NCBI RefSeq assembly: GCF_009914755.1 | Contig: NC_060928.1 | Direction: 5' to 3' (one strand) | Length of the DNA: 64,000 nt | Source of the DNA: the human T2T-CHM13v2.0 reference genome, Homo sapiens | Part shown: in pieces, positions 1 to 10,415 of the stretch | How the letters are laid out: each line of letters begins with the position of its first letter | Numbering within the stretch: the stretch's first letter is position 1 | The notes under the pieces: generated by a model | What the model saw: only the letters and a program-made list of their open reading frames with translations | Databases searched by the model: none | Told to the model about the DNA's origin: nothing | Position numbers and translations under genes: made by a program

Positions 1-1202
1 TACTAAATAAAATTCTTGACACAGCTATCTACCTTTCCACTGTAAAAAATGACTGACTACCTCTAGCAGAGTTAGGTCAGTGTGCTTAGTTATATAAATA
101 GAGAGTACACTTTAACAGCATCAGCTGTTCTATTCAAACAAAAAGGAAAAAGTCAGCAGAGCTGACTGGCAAGTTGTGATCTACAGCCATTTTTATTTCC
201 TAAATTGACCCCACGTCTCCTTGACCTGAGAATTTCCAAATCCTTTATTCTAAAATATGAATACAACTTTACAAGACTTTATTGTATTAACACTACCTTT
301 AGAATTAAAGCTTATGGTGATACTATTAGGTCAGTAATCTTTTCAGATGAGGTTTAATTAATTTATGGATCATTGCTCCCAATTTATATTTCTTTTCCTT
401 TAATATTTCTGTTTCAAATATCCTACTGTTACCGCTGTTTGTCAGAATATCTTCTAGACAACTGGTCTATAGAGACTGTAGTTATATATAATGAATTACA
501 AAAACAACATAAAACTGCAAATGCAATTGATACAAAAGTAATACTTCTAAAACAGTGATGTGGCCAAAGGAGGTGACCTAACTGCAAATGTGTGTTCAGT
601 ATGTGTGTGCAGGGGCACTGAGAAGATGTCTGTAGAAACACTACCAATGACTCATACATGTAGCTAAAAGAACCTTGGCAACCAAAGTGAATGGAGGTCA
701 AGAATACCTTTGGAATGTACACAAAAAGCTAGGATAAAAAGGCGGCCAAATAGAAAATTCTACTGATACTTATTTGAGATGACTAAAAGTTAAAAAGTTA
801 TTTTTATACTGTATCCTTGAATATAAATTGTTTTCCAGATAGGTTTTATGAATGTACCCAATGTGTATACATTTTATATTACTTTTTGACTGACAAATTT
901 ACAATTTGTTATGTTCCTATAACTAGTAACTCATTATTAGTTGTCATTACTGCAATGTGCTAGAATATGCTACATGTCTACAGTTCAAAATATATAAAAG
1001 AATATGTAGGAAAAATGACAAAAGTAACATATTGTTGAAATAATTATGTACTTATAAAAATATTTTTTACTCATAAATAAAATATTTTTGTGCTTTAGGA
1101 TAGGCCTACTTCCTAAACTTATTAGTTATTTGAAGCACTTTTTTTTTCATATATATATGTGAAGCTCTGAGGTAGGATTTTCCATTTCTGGTTAAATCAT
1201 AC

Positions 1203-1251
1203 CTTTCACATCTTCATCCTCAATTGTTGTATTTGAACTCTCAGTTGACTC
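1203..1251 (-). CDS. CAMK2D: CAMK2D exon 17 (49 nt): ESTESSNTTIEDEDVK(A), end of linker and start of hub
   Basis: ttttcttctcatcag|GAGTCAACTGAG...GATGTGAAAG|gtatga. Confidence 0.97.
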
Positions 1252-2382
1252 CTGATGAGAAGAAAACACATTTTTAGGTTGCACGCAATGAATAGCTTGA
1301 TTTCCTCCTTAAAAATTGGCTAGTGACATACATATCATGCAAAATTCTTCAGCAGGCTATGTGCATATGCTGACATGCAAATGGACAAACACATTAAGTG
1401 GTTTTTAACAGAAATAAAATGTCTGATGCTGCAAACATTTCAAACGGAGTACTCTGGTTGCCTAATCTCCGAAGCTGTATAAATCCAGGTGATTTGTAGA
1501 AGCAGCGGAAGTATGCAGTTTATTTTAGAAACTGTGTAAGGATGTGTTTTGTGTTACAGTGCCCTATAAGGTTTGCTTTTTCTGTGTGTCTACAAGCAAT
1601 TGAATATGTTAGCCGAATGAATTTGATACTTAAAATAGAAAAAATTTCTATTCCCAATTAATTAATCAATAAAGAGTACCTTCTTTGCGTCAGGCACTAT
1701 GTTAAGGCCTGTATGCCTTACACCTTTATAGGGAGAGAAAGCATTTCACCGCATCATTTAATGAAGAAGCTAAGGGGGTTAAGCTGAGATATGCTGAAAG
1801 TACTTTTGAGAAGAATTTTCATGTTTGTCCTCAGCACAATGGAATTATAATGAATAATTTACTTTCAAGGACAATTAGACTTTTTTCATTCTTTTCAAAA
1901 ATAGCAACTGGCTGTTATTGATAAGAAACCTACTCCATAATAAAAAGACAAAGCTCTTTCTTTGTAAAACTACAAATTAAGTGGAAGATTGTTAAGCACA
2001 CTTAAAAGTACACTGTAACTGCCAGAATTAAGATACATTTCTTAAAATGGTGTGATAAATGTGCTCATTAATAATGTATGAGTAAAATATTTTCTAGCAA
2101 ATAAATTTTGCAATATTCATAAGAAAGACATAGTTTTCTACTTGGAATGATTAAATGCTAGAGCCAAAAATAACTGGAAACAAACTTCCAATCAATAGCT
2201 CAGTAATGGAAAACAGATTCTGGAAAATAATGTAAACACCAGCCAGTATCATTTTAGAGATTCAGTATTCAAAAAAGTGATCAATTTATATAAATATCAT
2301 ATACAATATTTAAACCAAGGGAAAAACTAATTAAAGGTGTACCCAGAGTCTCCATACACACAAAACCAAAGAAAGGAATCTT

Positions 2383-2488
2383 CATGCATTTCTTAATGTG
2401 ACCTAGTATTCAAATGTAAGCTGAAAATGAAGGTAAACCCATGCACTGTAAAATTAAACTAATTCATGTCAGCAAGAAATATCATGCA
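2383..2488 (-). promoter_or_regulatory. Cluster of three TGCATG (RBFOX) motifs in intron 16
   Basis: CATGCA on + at 2383, 2440 and 2483. Confidence 0.55.
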
Positions 2489-3125
2489 GCAACTCTTACA
2501 AATGATATAGCTAGAACTACTGAAGTGTCCATTCCAGCTGTTATGCTTGGCGTTTCATTGGCTAATGCTATTAAAAAAATTGTTCTCATATGTGATGGTC
2601 CTGACTACCTCAAGACTTTTCGGGACCTAGACCATTTGCAGTGTCATGACTATAAAATAAATCTCATATTAAAGAACATAACACTTCATGTTTTTTACTT
2701 TAATGGTTTTAATATTGATCAATTAAATGTTAAACCAGAGAGGAAATGTGTTTTCTGAGTCTTAAGATAAAATGTGCTTTCTAAGTCTTAAACATCATTG
2801 ATAAGAGTATGGAGAAGATGCATGACTATATCTAATATTTGAGAAAAGTTTAGTATTTTTTCTTCCCTTAGAGATATAATAATATATGAAAAGTAAGAAA
2901 TTGGACACATGGAATACATTCAGAAAAGGTCTTTCATCCTATAGACATGTATGCTAGTGCTGTTATTTAGTTAACATGCTATACAAATAATTTACAATGT
3001 ATAGGAAACATTTAGTCTTCTTTCAACCTAAGTAGTTAAACCCCTGTTACTGGAATATATATTACTCAACAACAAACATATTTCACAAAAAGTGAAACTC
3101 CTTGATTCACCTCAAATTCATGCCA

Positions 3126-3270
3126 AACAACAACAACAACAACAACAATAACAACAATAACAACATCATCACCAACAAGGAATTAAGAAACAAAAAACCA
3201 AAAAAAAAAAAAACACCACTCTGACAACAGAATAGAATAAAACTCAAAAGTAACACTAAACAAAAAAAAA
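3126..3270. repeat. (CAA)n microsatellite and A-rich low-complexity tract
   Basis: caacaacaacaacaacaataacaacaataacaac followed by A runs. Confidence 0.85.
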
Positions 3271-3675
3271 AACCTATAAAGTCAAGTTGATATTTTTGAA
3301 GACAATGGAATATTGCCAGAAATTCTAAAATATCATGCACAATATATCTACAGTACAAAGCACAAAGTCATGGGGAAAAAAATGACCAGATGGAATTGCT
3401 TAAGACACACAGTCATCTTGACATAAAGACTTCATTCATGTTTAGCCTGACTTTTATTGACTCATGGTAACATTAGTTTCTCTTTCAAGATGTCATTCAT
3501 TTTTATTTGCAAGAAGTATGTCCATAGTTCTAGATAAATTAGGCCCAAAAGGAAGTGTGGTAGAAAATGGTTAGAATTTTCTTTCCTATTTTTAGATAAC
3601 GAATTAATTTTTTTGAATATTTGATGAGATGTATAGTCTTGTTAAAGCAAGATGATGTTGATTCTTTCTGAATAC

Positions 3676-3717
3676 CTTGTTTCCATCAGGGTTGTGGATT
3701 ACAGTAGTTTGGGGCTC
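3676..3717 (-). CDS. CAMK2D: CAMK2D alternative exon 16 (42 nt): EPQTTVIHNPDGNK
   Basis: ttttgttctcactcag|GAGCCCCAA...GGAAACAAG|gtattc; phase 0/0; peptide visible inside ORF 3604..3810. Confidence 0.96.
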
Positions 3718-5714
3718 CTGAGTGAGAACAAAATAGAGAAAGAAACAGTTCGCATTGGTAAGTACATTCTTTCTAGTGTGAAGGACAGAGCAGAGTGAGC
3801 CAGCTGACAAAATGAAATAGTGACAAGAGCTAAAGCGATGTTAACTGCTGTCAGAGTTGCAGCTGACAATATCTCTGATGAAAGATCTCCCTGGCGAGGC
3901 CATGAGATAGGAACCTCCCTACCCAGAAGCAGCATGCAAAAGACCTTATTCTTGATCAGCATTCAAACAAGGCTTTGATATTTAGAGATCTGAAGAGGCA
4001 CTCACTGTTTCACTTAATCCTATGCTTTCCTTTCTTCTTTAATGAGTGGCCTGTGAACGTCTGTCCCATAGAGAACTGGCCAAGGACACTGGAGCTAAAA
4101 CTCTGAGATGATTTCAAATTCTCAGAGAAGATATTTTTTCAGTTATATTGGTTTGAAACTCGATTATGGTGTCATTAATTAATACGTAACTGAATACCCT
4201 TATAAAATCTAGAGCCATTGGACAACACTTAAAAAAAGACTATACTAAAGAATCCATTTCAAAAGACCATAAAAAAATTTTAAGGAACATTTAAAAAGTT
4301 TAAGGGACTAATCATGAACTAGAACTAATCTACTAATCTAGAACTAATCATGTAATCACTATAATTTGAGGCATACTGCTATTAAATCCTGTATTAATTC
4401 ATATCTAAAAAACTTCTACTTTATGGACTATATATACAGGATATCTGGCTATAAAGTCATGCTTTTTTATGAAGAAAGTATGGGTTTTCTATTGTTTTCT
4501 ATCAGAAAGCAAAGAAATATTCCCAAGTGGAGAATAACATTCAAATAACTGATGTAAAAAAAGATTCAATATGCATACATCAGTGACATGCTTGGCACTT
4601 TCATTGTGTGATATCTTGGCAATGGGGAGGTACTGCAACCCACTGGGAGTTCTCAATCATGGACACTCCCCCACCACTACAGTTTACACTGCTGTAATAT
4701 TGAGAGACATATCTCCTGCTTCCATTCTCCCTTTCCCTTGGCTACAGCTGTGATCAACATTGTTTTTTACTAGTAGATAACCTGTTATTTTGATGTGTCC
4801 TCCTTTTAAATGTTTTTAAATGGAGCCTCATGGTTAACTCAAGTGAAATGATTCCTTAACATTTTTAAATTTATTTAAAATAACAGTATGAGAAGAGCAA
4901 ATAATTGAAAAACATTTCTGAAAATCATAAATCAAAATATGAAACAGTTTAGGGAAAATGTTATGGAACTCAGCACTGAATGACAGTATTCAAATTCTGA
5001 ATTTTAACATAATACCATCTCAAAGTGTTAGACTAATTTAGTCGTTAATTGTGTGGATTTGATTGAGATAGACATAACTGGTTTCCACTGATAATTCAAA
5101 CCTCTATTCTTTGCAGTTTCATTCTTTGGATTAAAGTGAAACAGTGAAAATTTAATTTAAAACATAATAAACAGAAAGCTCTAAATTATCCAGTGCCTCT
5201 TTATCTCAGAAAGTGAAGTCTTACAAAGCCCTGTTGTGTTTTAATAAGAGGGAAACGAGAACTCTGAATAAGGTCTACTTTTATGTTGTCTAGCAACAAT
5301 CCCATTAGCTCTCCTTGATGTAAGCATTTGCATCATGAAAAGAAGAAACCATTGTTTGCATAATCTAGAACTATCATCATCAGAAGAGCTAAGAGCAACC
5401 AAAGCGCTGTATTTTGAATGCAGCATGCAGTAATTCCAACTACAGAGACCACAGCTATCAGTACAATGTTCAACAACGAAATGAGATAATCTCATGTTAG
5501 AACACACTGCTTGACAACTAACTTAACCAAAAAAAACCAAAAGAAATGAACTTGGTCATATCATAGAAAGCAAAAAAAAAAAAAAACAAAACCCAACACC
5601 CAACGAAATAAAATATTTATATATATGTATCTATATAGTGAAAGCAAATGAGAGAAACCACAAAAAAAAAAAATGTAAAGAACTTAAGAAGGGTTACAAA
5701 GAGTCCAGGTATAC

Positions 5715-5774
5715 CAGCGCTGGGGTAGGAATATTTTCTTTGGGGCTGGTTACCACGTTGGCTTTGTTGTTTAT
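5715..5774 (-). CDS. CAMK2D: CAMK2D alternative exon 15 (60 nt): [20 protein letters not shown]
   Basis: ttttctgcatacccacag|ATAAACAAC...CCAGCGCTG|gtatac; phase 0/0; peptide visible inside ORF 5694..5906. Confidence 0.95.
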
Positions 5775-5889
5775 CTGTGGGTATGCAGAAAATAGAAACA
5801 GAGATGCCTTAAACCCCTTGGTAGCCAATGTCTCTAGATGCAGCATGTCTACATAGAGATGTAGACATGAAGATAAAGAGCCACTGAAG

Positions 5890-5986
5890 ATGAACGTTAA
5901 AGACATGGTGATGACTGACAGGAATGATGATCGCTAGTCTCCGATGGTCACACACAGGCTGGACCATGTCCGTGATGGTGCAATGA
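5890..5986 (-). promoter_or_regulatory. YCAY cluster (NOVA-type intronic splicing element) upstream of exon 15
   Basis: 10 YCAY tetramers in 97 nt on the transcribed strand. Confidence 0.55.
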
Positions 5987-7630
5987 GAAAACAGACGTGT
6001 CTGCTGTTGCTATGCCACCTTAGCAAACAAAGAGCTGCTTCAGTGGAGCTCCAATCAGGTTTCAGAGTATGAAATTAATATAACCATTCTCATACTGTTC
6101 AAGTTGGATTCTGTTTCCAAGCTTCCAATTGTTCACAGTTATAAATATATTTCTTTCTTCCCTCATTTTATTCTTGAGCCTGAAGTCACACACACACATA
6201 CATCTTTCTCTGGGGATCCAGCATTACTTTGCTTAGGAGCAATTAAATTATCCAATGAAAATTTAGATCTTCTGAGAAAACGCTGGTGTCACAATAGCTT
6301 TTAAAAATGACAAGTGTAGATCTCCTTTAAAAATTACATCTTCAATTATTAGTGGGGAAATCAAACTTTTTATGTTGAATGTAAAAGGACTTTAATTTTT
6401 ACAGTTGTGTAAGAGGAAAATACTACATTTTCTGTCAATGTGCTACTGCTATCACTGCAGAATATATTTGGTAATATCATTCCCTTGCTTTAACATAACT
6501 GGATTTGACTTTAAAGAATATATCATTACCACTGTGGAAGCTGCGTGGTAAAAGCAACTCAGAGGGTCAATAAGTGTTCTAACGGTCCACAGAGAAGACT
6601 CTTTGTAGACAAGTGGCAATCAGAAACTACAACTGAGTCGGGGCACTAAGAATCAAGGACTGAAAAATAATAATCAATCAACATTCTTTTAAACTCATGC
6701 ATGACAACTTACATTACGGTTCTCAAACAAAAATGTAAGGTAACGTTCATTTTCTTATACTATATTATCTAGGTATTTTATTTATTATTTTCTAAAGGAA
6801 TATACCTCCATGATTTTAATATAAATATAGATAATGATGTAAAGAGAAACATATACTATATAAAATAAATGAGTATCAAATGAGCATTTCAAGTGGTGAC
6901 ACCAGTTTAATTGTTCGGGTTTTCTGGAAGTCTATATCTGATAACTATATATCCTGTCAAAACTAGTATTGAGAGGAAGATAGAAAGTAACATAAATTAA
7001 TTTAAATATGTAATATTTTTCCTTTCTTTTCATTCCCTTTTGTCTGATTACTGGTATCGTTATTTTTACAATAAGTTGTGACACTGTGCTGCTTGACCCA
7101 CAGAAAAGGATGAGAAAACTTCTAAACTTTCCTTTACTGGAAAATTCTATAAATGTTGTCATCAATCTATATTCTGCAGATAGTTAAAACCTTTTTTTTC
7201 CTTTAAATCAAAGTGCACAGAATTTAACATGATATTTGTGCAAGAGCCAAAGAGATAAGAGGTAAAAAGTCTATTAAAGAGGGATCAAAATTCAGTATTT
7301 ATGTTAGTACAGGGTACGTGAGAAAAGGGGAGGGATGCACACACGAATAATTTCCTATTCGGGAAACATGCTAGGCAAAACATAGCCAGCTTCCTGTCAA
7401 ATGAACAGGGGCACTTATGGTTAAAGCACCACATGTATTTAATATGCTATATTTAGTTTTTATCAGTGAATGCAAATGAAAGAAATATTCTGAGATACTT
7501 TTATTTCTATTTTGGGATATGATACTTGACTTTTTTCTAGGATGTGGTTGCCAAGAACTGCTTTATTTTAGTGAAAATGTCCCACTTGCACACCTGTGCA
7601 CACAAACTTATCTGTACAAGTGCACATGTT

Positions 7631-7690
7631 CCCCCCCCCACACACACACACCTACACACATTCACACACAGATACACAGCATACACACAC
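7631..7690. repeat. C9 run plus degenerate (CA)n repeat
   Basis: ccccccccca cacacacaca cctacacaca ttcacacaca gatacacagc atacacacac. Confidence 0.85.
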
Positions 7691-7990
7691 CATCATCTCT
7701 TCCAGATGAAGGCCATTCTGTCTGGGTGAGCCATTCTTTATTGTTAGGTATGGGAAACATGAGTTAAATGAATATGTGCCTCAACCACACTTTTGGTCAT
7801 GTTTAATATGCAGTTAAAGCTTTTTTGTTAATGTAAAGACTAACTAAATGATTTTTTTCCTATGGAAAATCTTTTGCAGTTATTTATAATATTAATTTAT
7901 TGAAAAATAATAGGATAATTTCTAAGCAAAAGGCAAGAAGACGTTCTTTTCAAAGAGTCAAATATAAGTATAGGTTCAACCACAAATGTC

Positions 7991-8308
7991 TTTTTTTTTT
8001 TTCTTTGAGATGGAGTTTCGCTCTTGTTGCCCAGGCTGGAGTGCCATGGCGCGATCTCGGCTCACTGAAACCTCTGCCTTCTGGGTTCAAGTGATTCTCC
8101 TGCCTCAGCCTCCCCAGTAGCTGGGATTACAGGTACGGCCACCACACTTGGCTAATTTCTGTTTTTTGTTTGTTTGTTTTTTTTTTTTAGTAGAGATGGG
8201 GTTTTACCGTGTTGGCCAGGCTGGTCTCGAACTCCTGATCTCAGGTGATCCGTCTGTCTCAACCTCTCAAACTGCTGGGATTACAGGTGTGAGACACCGC
8301 TCCTGGCC
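7991..8308 (-). mobile_element. Alu (AluS-like), full length
   Basis: Poly-T, tgagatggagtttcgctcttgttgcccaggctgg ... cctggcc; degenerate TSD cacaaatgtct/catagatgtct. Confidence 0.95.
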
Positions 8309-8975
8309 CATAGATGTCTTTTAAAAATACAAAAACTCTGGCACTTTTGTGTGATATAATTATTTTATGTTAATAGAAGCAAGGTGTTTTTCTTTTTTAA
8401 AAAATCATGAATCAATCAAATCAGATAATTGTATGATGCACTGAATTACTCTTATGAGGCATGGGCAAGATATTCCTATTTCTCAGGTGTTAAATTTATT
8501 GTTTGAAGGTTAATAAACATTTCCTTTAAAGGTACTTAACTAGGATTGGTACATTGTAAGATCACTTTCACACCTTTATAAACTCCATGGTGAATGTATT
8601 ATGGTGTCCTATAAATCACTCCTATTTTAGCAACCATAAAGAACATTAAAAAAAACATATAGTTTTTTGTTTGTTTGTTTTTACTGATCACTATACAGAC
8701 ATTCATTCTGTCATGGTCTTTTTATTTTCAAAGAGAAAATTGACTTTGTAAAAGAGCAAACCTCTTAATATACTATCTACATGTATAACAAATTCAATTT
8801 CAGAGAAAAAACAATGTAATATGTAAGAGAAGTACCGTGTTTTGATAGTTGACTAACACTGACCTGTAATGGTCCTACACCCTCTCCACTTACTTACACT
8901 ATCTTAGGTAAATAAGACTTTTATTCCTAAGTGTGAATTTTCACAGGAGGAGAAATCTGGCAGATAGATCCTCAC

Positions 8976-9008
8976 CATCATCTGAACACTCGAACTGGAC
9001 TTCCTTTT
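8976..9008 (-). CDS. CAMK2D: CAMK2D alternative exon 14 (33 nt): KRKSSSSVQMM, nuclear localisation cassette of deltaB/delta3
   Basis: Long pyrimidine tract, then ggtcaattcag|AAAAGGAAGTCCAGTTCGAGTGTTCAGATGATG|gtgagg; forms KKRK with the last Lys of exon 13. Confidence 0.97.
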
Positions 9009-10377
9009 CTGAATTGACCAGTCAAAGAGAAAGGAAAAGAAAAAAAAATATGACCGGTTGAATTTAGAGTATCAAAGCATGGAGTATAGAATAATTTTGT
9101 TTTTAAAGAGGAGCTATAAGTTGAATGGAAGGAAAAAGTTCTGGAAATGCGTTCTATGTAAGGATAGTAATGAAAATAAATATCTCAATAGGAACTGTGA
9201 GCTCTCCATCACTGAACGGTACAGGAAAGCCCAGGAGAAGAAAATGTTTGGAAAATGTAAGATACCACATTTCTACTATTGTAACATTGGGAAAAAGGCA
9301 GTCATCAACTATCATTCTTAAAATCTAAATGGAATAAACTAATCAGAATGAAGACACAATTGCAGGCTGAGGAAAGCAATTGGTAAATGGAAATGGCATC
9401 CTAAAGGAAATCACAAATGCACAGTCATCAGTGCTCCAGAAATTTCCAAGTTGCACACAGACAGGTGGTAAAGAAATGACTGAGCATGAACATTTAAAGT
9501 GACAAATGATTTTCTATGTTTTCAATATGAACTGACCACCTGACTTTGGGTCAAATTCAAATGTTAGAAAATTAATTAATTCCCAAGAACGTTGAAGTGT
9601 TGATGAAGAATGTATGCATCTGTCCTTGGAAGAGAAAGAAAAGGATTAAAGAAATAAAACATTTAGGTGGTACTCTGAAAAGATAACAAACATCATTATG
9701 TACCATAAGATTACATTCCAACAAGAGTAAATCCCCTTGAAACAAAATACAATCAGTAGGAAAGAAACTGTATTATTTTGTTTAGAAAGCCAGAAAGTAA
9801 AAATATCCTGCTGTTATTTTTCTTGCAAGATTTTTCTAATATTTGTTCAGATCATTCATCTTGAATATATCTCAACACCTTATGACAGAAACAAGGAATA
9901 ATTAAGACCTTTATAAAAACTGCCCAAGCAGATTAATTTAGACATTTGACATTCTATTTTCCATACCCAAATGTGAGTATTTTTCAGGCTATATATTTCA
10001 GTGGCCTTCACGTATGCAGCATAATTATTTGGAAAAGCATTTGGTTTTTACAGACTTTTAGGTCACCATGGTAGTTTGGAACTGTAGTAAATCAGAGAGA
10101 TTAAGATATTTAATTATTTCTATAGGAACTCTATATTGTATAACAACATTATTTTTTCATGACTATTTCATATATAATCCAACAGGAGAAATACAGCTTT
10201 TCTTGATATAAATGTTAGTCATCTTTGTATATTAAATCATTTCATATTTCAACCTGCAACCTTTATCAGAAACAATAAAAAATAGAACTTGCAAAGACTT
10301 AGGAATTATATATAACATTTAAAGATTATCCAGCATCTGAAAGTCAGAAATGGATTAGGGGCATCTGTTTAACTTAC

Positions 10378-10415
10378 CTTTACTCCATCTGGTTTCTTCA
10401 ACAAACTCTTGGCTG
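10378..10415 (-). CDS. CAMK2D: CAMK2D exon 13 (38 nt): (A)AKSLLKKPDGVK
   Basis: ctcattttacag|CAGCCAAGAG...GGAGTAAAG|gtaagt. Confidence 0.97.

Noticed and set aside
3756-3766. GTACTTACC upstream of exon 16 as a U1 mimic pairing with the exon 13 donor GGTAAGT
   Set aside because: Only 7 bp of complementarity, expected by chance; more simply a CTTAC branch-point motif.
3718-3774. Upstream alternative acceptor (cacactag) extending exon 16 by 55 nt
   Set aside because: Frameshifting, and the normal acceptor has a better pyrimidine tract; no further support.
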